Source of the DNA: Amoeboradix gromovi X-113
Taxonomy: Eukaryota; Fungi; Sanchytriomycota
Length of the DNA: 29,903 nt
Reading direction: 5' to 3'
NCBI GenBank assembly: GCA_018985225.1
Contig: JADGIF010000038.1
Span: 1-29,903, forward strand
Part shown: in pieces, positions 1 through 8,818 of the stretch
Numbering within the stretch: position 1 is the first letter of the stretch
How the letters are laid out: each line of letters opens with the position of its first letter
Position numbers and translations under genes: made by a program
Notes under the pieces: generated by a model
Told to the model about the DNA's origin: nothing
Seen by the model: the letters and a program-made list of their open reading frames with translations, nothing else
Databases searched by the model: none

Positions 1-233
1 TACAAAATGACTCTAGAAAAGAGTACCGTCTAAGAAAATGCACCTTTTGCTTAGATGCTCAAAGACCTCATATATTTGAACGAGATAGTGGGTCTTCTAG
101 TTTTATTTTAAAAAGAGGAATACAATCAATGAAAGAATATTGGTATAATAGAAGATCTTTTATTAATAATAGAATTTCCTGCGTATGGAGCCCTTTAAAG
201 ACGAGTTAGTCTAGTTTTTATATTTGGTGTCCC
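1..233 (+). mobile_element. TIR element copy 1 (Fanzor/TnpB-derived non-autonomous element), left part cut by the window start
   Basis: Near-identical to the right parts of 11790-12229, 24919-25355 and the reverse complement of 29559-29903. Ends in the right TIR AGTTAGTCTAGTTTTTATATTTGGTGTCCC. The frame from nt 3 reads QNDSRKEYRLRKCTFCLDAQRPHIFERDSGSSSFILKRG. Confidence 0.9.
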
Positions 234-406
234 ATTAGAAGTATCTATAAAAAGAATTATCGGAACAGTAAAAGTCACGTAATCCTGATAAATAGTTTAT
301 TCAATTGAAGTCGAAAGCTATCGAGTCTTTATGGTACTGACTTCAGAATGGGCAAGCTGCGCTGTTTATGGGATCAAGCAATGAAGATAGCCTTGTTATT
401 TTGTAA

Positions 407-859
407 AATAAATCATTTATCGAGAATTTATGTATAATTGCGTGACTTTTCCAGATTTTTTCAATACCTTAAACACTCGACATTCTTCGTTTTCGCAAAA
501 TGATGAAGCTAATCTAAAGAAATAATTAGTAGGTACAGTATACATTCATCAACTTTGAGGAACTGTCCAAACAGGGAACAACTAAATGTCTTCTAACCCG
601 TTCTCATAAGAGATCAACGATAAATAAACCTGTAAACCATTTATTTAATAATTCGTGCAACTAAGCAAAGCAGTAGTGTGTTGGTCTTACCACTTGTGCA
701 ACAATAGAGACCACATGGCAGCAAGGGATGTATACATCCTTATTCAATCCCGCCCCAGGATAGTGATAGCGTGAGCAATCACTGTAACTGATTCACTAGC
801 ACTGCTAGTTTCTCTGCGGCAATTCTCGATTTTCTCAGAAATCGGGACTTTTGACCAGG
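407..859 (+). mobile_element. IS607/Fanzor2-type internally deleted element, copy A
   Basis: 407-550 aligns with the reverse complement of 14860-15012, and 704-859 with the reverse complement of 14578-14745 and with 12675-12816. With one frameshift, 513-613 gives SKEIISRYSIHSSTLRN[W]SKQGTTKCLLTRSHKR (IS607 TnpA N-terminal HTH-like). ~703-738 gives NRDHMAARDVYI (TnpB RuvC-III-like). The left boundary is approximate. Confidence 0.75.
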
Positions 860-889
860 AGTACATGGACATTTATGTTAAAGTTCAGT

Positions 890-1369
890 TTACTCGGATT
901 TATTCGTCTTATTGTAGACCTGCTCAGCCGCTTTCTGAGCAGTTGGAACTACACTATGTTCCTTGCTAAAATACAAGTTCATAAAAGCTGTTGCCAGCCA
1001 TTCGTCTTTAACACATCCACAATTTCTATCCTTTATTGCTAAGCATAGCATATCTTCATTTTTCTCAAATATTATCTGATCTCCCCCGTTTAGGATCCCA
1101 GCGGGGAATAATTTTTTAAAAGATTCCAAGGCATGATCTTCAAAAGGGCTCTTTTGAGATTGGTTTGCTAATCCATTGCACAAACCGTCCCTCAAATGCT
1201 TAAATGATGAATTTCGGGATGGCTCAATAATCACTCTAACTGGGCAAGATGTTATCTTGTCGTATTCACGCTTGCACTTTTCGTCTACCAACATCTTTGC
1301 CGAATACGCTTTTAGCTTCAAAAATGTGACAACTCTATCGCCGCACGCCAACTCTCTAAAATCAGACAT
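890..1369 (-). CDS. Chalcone-isomerase-fold protein (Aim18/Aim46-like)
   Basis: Motifs GDRVVTFLKLKAYS, RVIIEPSRNSSFKHLRDGL and WLATAFMNLYF resemble fungal chalcone-isomerase-like proteins. The first ATG is at 1369; the ORF track starts at TTG 1408. Confidence 0.7.
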   Translation of the reverse strand: MSDFRELACGDRVVTFLKLKAYSAKMLVDEKCKREYDKITSCPVRVIIEPSRNSSFKHLRDGLCNGLANQSQKSPFEDHALESFKKLFPAGILNGGDQIIFEKNEDMLCLAIKDRNCGCVKDEWLATAFMNLYFSKEHSVVPTAQKAAEQVYNKTNKSE

Positions 1370-1449
1370 TGTGCTACAAGTTTCAAGTGGAACTGAGGTT
1401 AAAAACAAGACGCTAACGGCAGCGAGTCACGTAACAAATAAATTAACAT

Positions 1450-2574
1450 TTATTCAAAAAACATCTCGTCTTGTGATCGTGCTGTATTTAAATTGTTTCT
1501 AACCGTCTCTGGTTTGTAGCTTTCTGCAGATTCTTGTAGTGGGGCCAGACTTGGAAGTATTGGCATCCTGCTTAATGTCTTGTCTATCATATGATTCGGA
1601 TTTTGCATTGGCCTAGGTTGCGGATAGTTAAACCTTTGTTGAGGCATAATCGGTCGAGGAGAGATAGGGGGATTAGTCCCATCAACTCCCAGGACAGGAT
1701 ATGGGTGTTGCATCATATGCTGTGGTGATATCTGTTGCGGTGAATTAAGCTGCGAATTAGTGTTTATTGTTCCATTAGAGCTGTTATTGGGGCTATAAAG
1801 CATCATCTGAATCTGTTGGATTTGCTGCATATGATGAAGCTGTAGTTGCAACAGGTTCTCATGATGAGCCCTATCTTGAGGAGATAAATGTTGCAGATTA
1901 TTTGGAGAAACTTGAGAGGAATGATATTGCGAATGTGAAACATCTATGTTGTTTATGGGAGGTCTAGGTCTCATGGTGTCTGGTTTAAGTACAGGTAAAG
2001 GTGGCGATTTCTTGAATTCTTGCTTAGGTGGGGAAACAGTATTTCCGGCATTAGTAGGAGATTTAGCTGATAAGCTGTTGTTTCCAGAATGGGATTGAGG
2101 CTGCAAAGATGCCAAGTCATACTCGTCTTCACTAAGATCATCCTTGCGTCGTTTTAGCTCATTTAACAAATCCTCAGTGTCATAACGTTTACGTTTATCT
2201 TCTCTAAAGTGACAAGATGCAGCGTGATGGAACCAATTTATGTTGCCATTCTTTCTTTTCTGTTTTAATAGCGGAATCCAATCCACACATTTATGACATT
2301 TCCCTTCCGGTACATCCTTATTCATTCTGGTTTCTGATGGAGAGTCAAACCACGTACACGTTTTATGGGATATACCGTGAAAGAACTGCTTATGGTACCA
2401 GAAAGTGGAGTTCTTCATTTTTAACCATTTTCCAGGAGAGCACAGATCACAGTATCCTTCTTTTTGAGCTCCACTAAATCTCGTGTATTTCGGAGTATAT
2501 AAATCATCAGCGTTCATGGTTTCTTGTTGAATTACTCCAACTAAATCAGAGGGCATGGATAAATGAATAGACAT
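1450..2574 (-). CDS. Rua1-C/DUF4451-domain putative transcription regulator with Q/P/N-rich tail
   Basis: DLYTPKYTRFSGAQKEGYCDLC...WLKMKNSTFWYHKQFFHGIS matches the fungal Rua1 C-terminal domain pattern, followed by a low-complexity region. Confidence 0.8.
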   Translation of the reverse strand: MSIHLSMPSDLVGVIQQETMNADDLYTPKYTRFSGAQKEGYCDLCSPGKWLKMKNSTFWYHKQFFHGISHKTCTWFDSPSETRMNKDVPEGKCHKCVDWIPLLKQKRKNGNINWFHHAASCHFREDKRKRYDTEDLLNELKRRKDDLSEDEYDLASLQPQSHSGNNSLSAKSPTNAGNTVSPPKQEFKKSPPLPVLKPDTMRPRPPINNIDVSHSQYHSSQVSPNNLQHLSPQDRAHHENLLQLQLHHMQQIQQIQMMLYSPNNSSNGTINTNSQLNSPQQISPQHMMQHPYPVLGVDGTNPPISPRPIMPQQRFNYPQPRPMQNPNHMIDKTLSRMPILPSLAPLQESAESYKPETVRNNLNTARSQDEMFFE

Positions 2575-2703
2575 TCCAGTGTTTGAAGTGTCATCTCCTT
2601 TAGAAAGGCCTGCATAGTTTTTACCCGAGCGAATTTTATAACAAATCAGAGAAAAGAATGGTCAACTTATTTATTAAGGTACATTTTTGTGGTATATAAG
2701 GTA

Positions 2704-3480
2704 TTAAGCATTTGGGATTTCCATGAATTTCCTTTTTTTCCTAATTCGTTCTTCGGAAACTGTTGTTTCCATTAGTTCCAAGACATCATTATTATCCAGC
2801 AGCGCTTCCCTATATGTGGTATCATTATAAAACTTTGTAGAAATCGCCTTTTTAAACCTCAGTACTTCATCCGAAATTGAGTTTATTAATTCACTTATGT
2901 CTACCTTCTGCAGTTTATAAAGCTCTAATAGCTTGCAATTAAATTTGTAGTAAACATCTCGGTTAATCCATAGCCTATGATCTAGTACTTCCAAGGTTAT
3001 ATGACGTATCATTTTTAAAAGTTGCCCATCCAACCCAGTTATTATTGTCCAACTTTTTAGGTTATAAGTAGAATCCATAAGAAAAAGATGCGCTGACATA
3101 GTGCATCCCATGAAGAGCTTTTCCTCTTGGAGCCAATGATATGGACAAACGGGATTTTGCTTACACCGGATATACAGAATTAATGTTGCTTGAACCAAGG
3201 ACAAGCTGGCCTTGGATCTACTGAACAGTTCAAAAACGAAGTTTTGGTTGATTTTAATAGTATGTGACTGTATTAATTGGTCACTAACTCTAACTAGAAA
3301 TTGAATAAAATCATTCTTATTTATATTACCTTGTAAAATGTTCTGTTGGGGCTTTATAGTGGGCGTGTTCAGGTACCTGTTGTACATTTTGGTCTGTGCT
3401 GGCGGGATTCCTGTGTAACTGTTGCCGATGGGCAAATTACCGGAAGGAATGTTCAAATGCTTCATAATTTTGTCTCCCAT
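2704..3480 (-). CDS. PHO80/Pcl/Clg1-like cyclin
   Basis: Cyclin-box pattern FVFELFSRSKASLSLVQATLILYIR...KLFMGCTMSAHLFLMDSTYNLKSWTIITGL...LEVLDHRLWI. Confidence 0.7.
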   Translation of the reverse strand: MGDKIMKHLNIPSGNLPIGNSYTGIPPAQTKMYNRYLNTPTIKPQQNILQGNINKNDFIQFLVRVSDQLIQSHTIKINQNFVFELFSRSKASLSLVQATLILYIRCKQNPVCPYHWLQEEKLFMGCTMSAHLFLMDSTYNLKSWTIITGLDGQLLKMIRHITLEVLDHRLWINRDVYYKFNCKLLELYKLQKVDISELINSISDEVLRFKKAISTKFYNDTTYREALLDNNDVLELMETTVSEERIRKKRKFMEIPNA

Positions 3481-4523
3481 GCGAACGTTTCAGTATTTAG
3501 CCCACTTGTTATGCATGTGGAAATACAGACTGCGCGTCTCTCTGCTAGTTAAGCAAGGCTTTATGATATATAACTAAGTAGCATAACTATAAATTGTTTA
3601 TTTTCTGAAGTTTTTTAGAGTTACCAAGTCGTCTTTGATATGCAGCAACCAAATGGTCTCAAGAGAATTTCTCAAGTATTTAATTTGAATCATCAGTAAC
3701 TGATAGGATTTAATCAAAACTTGAGATTTATGAAGGTTACGCTCAAGTACTCAATTGCAACGCGTTCTACAAAAACTAGACACACTTAGCAAGCAAAGAT
3801 CTTGAATATAACACCACACAATTGCCCACAGATTGCTTATGTCGTGAATAATATCAAGGCGCACACTGCATCTCAATTCACAGCTTCATCACAGCGGCTT
3901 ATCCTTGGACTTCTGCAATATTGCCGAATGCACTCATGCAACGGTTCCCATGGCAGCTAAAGAAGTTTTATGCTGAAATCAAGAGCAAGCAACATCGATG
4001 TTTTTCTACGGAGTGTGCACTAGCGTCTTGTTCATAATACTGCAATGCCTTGCTGCTCTGCTTATACGTGGCTTCAGCGTAATAGATCACTTTCTGTCGT
4101 ATCTTGTTTCCTTCTCATCTATAAGCATATTACATATTTATAGCCAGTGCCTTTTGTAACACAAGCTTCTGCACACCAGAAATACAATCTTGTGCTTAAT
4201 TTGGAATACGCGAAAACTAACTTTGTTATCCTGCTGCTATATATGGATCTTATCAATGGCAAGCGAGCAGAACGATTTCATTACAATTGCATACCAGTTC
4301 ACGAACAGGCTAGTCACTTTATGGCTAATGATAGAGACGAAACTATCTTCTTAATGGTGTCGATCGCCTAAATTGAGCTTGCTAGTGTAAGTTAGAATTC
4401 TAGCGTTATTTTAGTGATCTAATAAGGTTCATGTACTACCTTCTTTTCAGAGTCTCGTTGATCCGCCAAGCCCATCTCTCTTTTCTTTTTGTAATCTCCT
4501 TTACTTTCATTAGCATCTCCTTT

Positions 4524-5066
4524 ATGTTTAAAATTGCAACTCCAAATTTGTCGACTTCATTGTCCAAAACTCAACTCAAACAGCTTAAGCAGAACATTAC
4601 AGATAACTTTGTAAATATGGAGCCATACCTTGATGAATTGATACCAAAGAAAGGCAATGTTTTGATTATCAAAAGTAAAGATGTTAAGACTCTTGTAGTT
4701 GAAAAAAGCCCTCTTTTCTTTGAATATTATGACGTTTGGTTACCAACTTTAACTTTCCTTCACAAGTACCCTTATCTTAAGTCTGTTCAGGTTGATAAAG
4801 GCGCTATAAAATTTCTTCTAAGTGGTGCTAATGTTATGTGCCCAGGACTCACAAGCAAAGGCGGAATAGTTGAAGATAATATTGAAGTGGGTGACTTGAT
4901 TTCAATTAGAACCGAAGGTAAGGAATTGGAAATTGCCATTGGAAAAATGAAGATGAGTGGCAAAGAAATAAAAAGCAAAAACACCGGCGAAGCTATAGAA
5001 ATCATCCATGTTTTGGGAGATGATTTATGGAAGTATTGTGTTGCTCAGCATGTTAAGTCCGAATAA
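4524..5066 (+). CDS. TMA20: Translation machinery-associated protein Tma20/MCT-1 (PUA domain)
   Basis: WLPTLTFLHKYP and VQVDKGAIKFLLSGANVMCPGLTS...LGDDLW are diagnostic. The conserved MFK start is at 4524; the ORF track extends upstream to 4431. Confidence 0.93.
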   Translation: MFKIATPNLSTSLSKTQLKQLKQNITDNFVNMEPYLDELIPKKGNVLIIKSKDVKTLVVEKSPLFFEYYDVWLPTLTFLHKYPYLKSVQVDKGAIKFLLSGANVMCPGLTSKGGIVEDNIEVGDLISIRTEGKELEIAIGKMKMSGKEIKSKNTGEAIEIIHVLGDDLWKYCVAQHVKSE

Positions 5067-5156
5067 ATGCAATTTACAATAATGTGGTTATACCAGTGAT
5101 CGACCAATCAAATTGCTTGATTTGGTATAAAACTGAGCACTTCCCTGTATTATGGA

Positions 5157-5459
5157 ATGGCCTTATTCCAAACAATTTTGTTTGCATTCATTTTTTCTGG
5201 AATTTCAGCACTTGATCAAGATTCTGCTTCAGAATCAGCACAAACACAGGTGGTTGAAATTGCAGATATTTTGCCATCAGGCAGTCAGGTAATTACAAGC
5301 AATATTGTCACTTCTACATCAATTGCAGTATTTGAAATGTTGAATGCAACTTCTACTGCAAAGACAAGTCAAAGAATTGCACTGCAGTCTCAAAGTTCTA
5401 AATCATCATGGGTTTCTTCTTCATTGTTAACTCTGTTGATGGTTACTTTTGTTCAGTAA
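5157..5459 (+). CDS. Small secreted Ser/Thr-rich protein, possibly GPI-anchored
   Basis: Hydrophobic N-terminus (signal-peptide-like), S/T-rich middle and hydrophobic C-terminus (LLTLLMVTFVQ). Confidence 0.6.
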   Translation: MALFQTILFAFIFSGISALDQDSASESAQTQVVEIADILPSGSQVITSNIVTSTSIAVFEMLNATSTAKTSQRIALQSQSSKSSWVSSSLLTLLMVTFVQ

Positions 5460-5495
5460 ATATTTTAGTATATACGATATTCCCCACCTTATTAC

Positions 5496-5568
5496 GCCTT
5501 TATAGCTCAGTTGGTAGAGCGCCGCACTCGTAATGCGGAGGTCCGTTGTTCGACTCAGCGTGGAGGCA
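5496..5568 (+). tRNA. tRNA-Thr(CGU), intronless
   Basis: Cloverleaf: acceptor GCCTTTA/TGGAGGC, D arm GCTC/GAGC, anticodon stem CCGCA/TGCGG with loop CT-CGT-AA, T arm CGTTG-TTCGACT-CAGCG. Confidence 0.96.
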
Positions 5569-5606
5569 ATAGAAAATGGGAGTTTTGATAAATTTAAATT
5601 ATTTAT

Positions 5607-6896
5607 TTAGCATGTAGATTTCAATATCATGAACGACTCTTTATATTTCTCTAGTATTATTGAGTTGTCCATTTCTTTAACCATACCCTCTGATTGCGAT
5701 TTAACGCATTGCCCTTTATCATCATATAACGAGTATGCTTGTGTTCCGTCATCCACCAAGTCATCGTTTTTAGATTTGCCAATTGTCATGTATTTTAATC
5801 TGTGCAATGGAATCCTAGACTTGATGGATGCTAACTCACAAAAAACAGGTTTTTGGTCCGGGAGACCATTTTGTAATCTGCTTTTAAACCCATTTAGATG
5901 CAGGAACGCTGGATTAGTATCTAAAATATGAAGCATACCAACACCACAGTCCAGGTCACCTACAAATCCGCTCATTTCAGGATTTAACAAAATCCTTGGG
6001 GATTTCATTTCAGGATGGTTAAGTCGCAGCAACAATGAGCTGAACCAGTAAGAGTCTTTATCTCCAAATAGATAATAGTCAAAGTGGGGTTCTAAACAGA
6101 TAAAATAGCTCATCAAAAGCACTTCGGCAGTATTTGTTTTTTTGTAAATAACAACAGAAGAATCAACTTGGCGTTGTAAAAGATAAGAGATATCTAATAA
6201 AGTGTACAACGGGTTCTCAGGAGTCATCATCCAGTAATCTCTAAAATATACAGCATCAAAAGACTCTAAATACGAAAAAGAGATTTCTAAAATGTTTGAA
6301 GATAAATGTAACAGCGGAAAGCAATCTGAATCCAGATAGATGACATTCTCAAATGAAGTGGCCATCATAGCCAGAGGTTTTAGATAATACTTACGATCAT
6401 TTGAGATTTTGTTTTGATATAGAGGGTGAGAAGACAAATTAACTATTTTTATCGGTAGCTTCTGTAATATTTCCATATATTTATCATCTATATCGTCAGC
6501 ATAAAAGAGTTCAATTGGAGTTTGAGAGAAACTCACTATATACTTAATTAATGCGATCAACTCATAAATTACATTGTTATGACCCAAAATAACAATACCA
6601 TTACCTGAACCTTCATCGACTTTAAATTTGAGGTCGGCGACTTTGTTAATAATATTCTCAATAATGTATTCTGTGTCAATTATATCAACCATGTGAAATT
6701 TAGATGGATCTGGAGCACCAAACAGCTGTGCGGGTAGAGGATGTATTCCTAATGATTTGTATGTTGATTCATTCCATTCGCAGCAGTTGTTTCTCATAAA
6801 GCCAACCAAGAAAAATAAAATTGCAGTGAAAACCGTTATTTCATAGAGTTTGGAATGTTTCATCCGTCGTTTGTTCAATGAAAAAGTCATGGACAT
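5607..6896 (-). CDS. GT71 alpha-mannosyltransferase (Mnn2/Mnn5/Mnn1-like)
   Basis: Type II membrane anchor, KPLAMMATSFENVIYLDSD (DxD motif) and FGDKDSYW. Confidence 0.85.
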   Translation of the reverse strand: MSMTFSLNKRRMKHSKLYEITVFTAILFFLVGFMRNNCCEWNESTYKSLGIHPLPAQLFGAPDPSKFHMVDIIDTEYIIENIINKVADLKFKVDEGSGNGIVILGHNNVIYELIALIKYIVSFSQTPIELFYADDIDDKYMEILQKLPIKIVNLSSHPLYQNKISNDRKYYLKPLAMMATSFENVIYLDSDCFPLLHLSSNILEISFSYLESFDAVYFRDYWMMTPENPLYTLLDISYLLQRQVDSSVVIYKKTNTAEVLLMSYFICLEPHFDYYLFGDKDSYWFSSLLLRLNHPEMKSPRILLNPEMSGFVGDLDCGVGMLHILDTNPAFLHLNGFKSRLQNGLPDQKPVFCELASIKSRIPLHRLKYMTIGKSKNDDLVDDGTQAYSLYDDKGQCVKSQSEGMVKEMDNSIILEKYKESFMILKSTC

Positions 6897-6994
6897 GAAA
6901 ATTTTGGAAATGATAGGAACATTTGAAAGTCTTGTGAACGAAAGAATTAATATCTGATATTTTTCAAGATTCCTTGAAACTTATTACTTTTGTT

Positions 6995-7729
6995 ATGCAA
7001 CAATTAATTAATCAATTAGCTAGACAGCAAGGTCAACTACAACCAAGCCATTTAGTCGAGCTGAATGCAGGTAAAATGAAAGAGAACGGGTCTAAACTAG
7101 TTCCTGATAAAAGAAAAGGAGTGTTATACATGGATAAAAAAGATGATATTTTGCAGATTTGCTGGAAACAGCGACAAGGGCAGCAGAATGAGGATGAGTT
7201 TATGCTATTCAATGATGCTAAATGGCTGTGTATTGATGAAAAACAATTAATTTATTGTTTAAAATTTGAAAATGGCGGTAATCATTTTTACTGGATTCAG
7301 CAATATGAGCACGAAGAGAAGGTGCAGAAGATATATGATCTAATTAATGGAGATGTTTTAAAAGGTGCAGAAAAGGTTCTTAAAGAGAATAAAATAGATA
7401 TTCCGATTACAGTTAAATTGAGCGATGAATTCACCAGAAATGCATTGAAACCTTTGTTATCCAGTCAAGTTGTCACTAAATCTCTGTTTCCCTTGTTACC
7501 GGAAAACCATACAATCGAGGAAGTCATCGATTCTGTACAGTTTAAGGAATCCGTTGCATCCCTTGAGCAGTTGATTACTAGTGGCCATTTAAAGGATATC
7601 TTGCAGCAATTGGGAGTGCAGCACAAGGGGCAGGAATCCGGACCTGCTGCAGTTGAGGTGTTCCTGAAAGCCATTAAAGCTAAGTATTGTGATAAGAAAC
7701 CCGGAATGAACGCAAGTAAATCACCATAG
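6995..7729 (+). CDS. RPN13: Proteasome ubiquitin receptor Rpn13/ADRM1
   Basis: Pru-domain motif LVELNAGKM...LVPDKRKGVLYM...ICWKQR...HFYWIQ, plus a C-terminal UCH-binding-like region. First ATG at 6995. Confidence 0.88.
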   Translation: MQQLINQLARQQGQLQPSHLVELNAGKMKENGSKLVPDKRKGVLYMDKKDDILQICWKQRQGQQNEDEFMLFNDAKWLCIDEKQLIYCLKFENGGNHFYWIQQYEHEEKVQKIYDLINGDVLKGAEKVLKENKIDIPITVKLSDEFTRNALKPLLSSQVVTKSLFPLLPENHTIEEVIDSVQFKESVASLEQLITSGHLKDILQQLGVQHKGQESGPAAVEVFLKAIKAKYCDKKPGMNASKSP

Positions 7730-7753
7730 CGTAAGAATAATAAATTTATTAAC

Positions 7754-8464
7754 TCAAATAATTTCGATTCGCTCTTGAATCACGAAATTGCCATCAACTA
7801 TTTCAGTTACAATGTTAGAAGGATAGTCTACAAGATCGTTTATACAGTCTAATACTTTGTTAACTTGGGAATATGGCAGCTCTTTATGTATATACTCTCT
7901 CAAAATTATATTCGACCCATACTCGTGATAAATTCTACAATCTCTCAAAATGTAGATCACGTGATCAATTCGAATAAATTGGCGAAGAAGAATGAAGAAC
8001 CCATATTCCATAGACCTGCATTTGATGTCAAAGTGACTGAGACCATTGTCACTAAACTCATCAGTGAACAAATCAATTTTGTCAAAATATAAAATGTCAT
8101 CGGATCTCGACAATTTACGGATTGGCAAGAACGTGTTGCTGGGTTTGTTATCAAAGGTAGACACATAGTTTCCTACAATATCACCTTTATATGCTGTTAA
8201 ATATGTCCAGTCATAGGGTTTAACTGGCTTGTACTTGGATTCCACCCATTCATTGTGCACTTTGTAATTAACCTTTTTTTCAACAGTTTTGAGAGCATTC
8301 AAAGCATTAAACCTCAGCTGGATTTTCTCGCTCTTTACAGTAAACTGATTGTTTCCAAAGTAAATTTCAGGAACCACAAACCCTAATATTTTCTCATCCT
8401 TCTCGATTTCCTGCTGAGATGATATAGCGTTCTTTTTAGCAACAAAGTCAAACATATGGGACAT
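7754..8464 (-). CDS. TIP41: PP2A regulator Tip41/TIPRL
   Basis: PEIYFGNN, KPYDWTYLT and DILYFDKIDLFTDEFSDNG...FFILLRQFIRIDHV...RDCRIYHEY. First ATG at 8464. Confidence 0.92.
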   Translation of the reverse strand: MSHMFDFVAKKNAISSQQEIEKDEKILGFVVPEIYFGNNQFTVKSEKIQLRFNALNALKTVEKKVNYKVHNEWVESKYKPVKPYDWTYLTAYKGDIVGNYVSTFDNKPSNTFLPIRKLSRSDDILYFDKIDLFTDEFSDNGLSHFDIKCRSMEYGFFILLRQFIRIDHVIYILRDCRIYHEYGSNIILREYIHKELPYSQVNKVLDCINDLVDYPSNIVTEIVDGNFVIQERIEII

Positions 8465-8818
8465 GTTTAATGGAAGTAGACTTGGGGTAAAAGCGAGTGA
8501 CAAGTTATTATTTGTACTAGGTTGGTTAACTACATTCTGTCAATCAGAATCTGGTCTAATTTAACCCATCTATTTGTAAGCACCAGCTGTAACTCTGTTC
8601 TATTGATTTAACTTTTAGTGAGTGTTGGCGAATTACGTGATAGCAGTGACGGGAGGTCCGCAACAGAGAATCTCCGACTTATGCAGAGATGATGAGATAT
8701 GCGGAATTTTGCTTGTCTGGTTTTGTTTTTGAGAAGTTCCCTTTCAATTTGATCATTTTGTGTAAAGATGTAAAAGTAACGTTTATTACTGAAGAATGAA
8801 AACTATGAATTTATTACG

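Noticed and set aside
3553-4523. ORF 4147-4371, the 4431 upstream extension of TMA20, or a hidden element in this long spacer
   Set aside because: No recognisable motifs, repeats or similarity to other parts of the window; TMA20 homology starts at MFK (4524).
8663-8669. U6 snRNA (ACAGAGA box)
   Set aside because: The downstream AGC triad/ISL and other U6 conserved sequence are absent.
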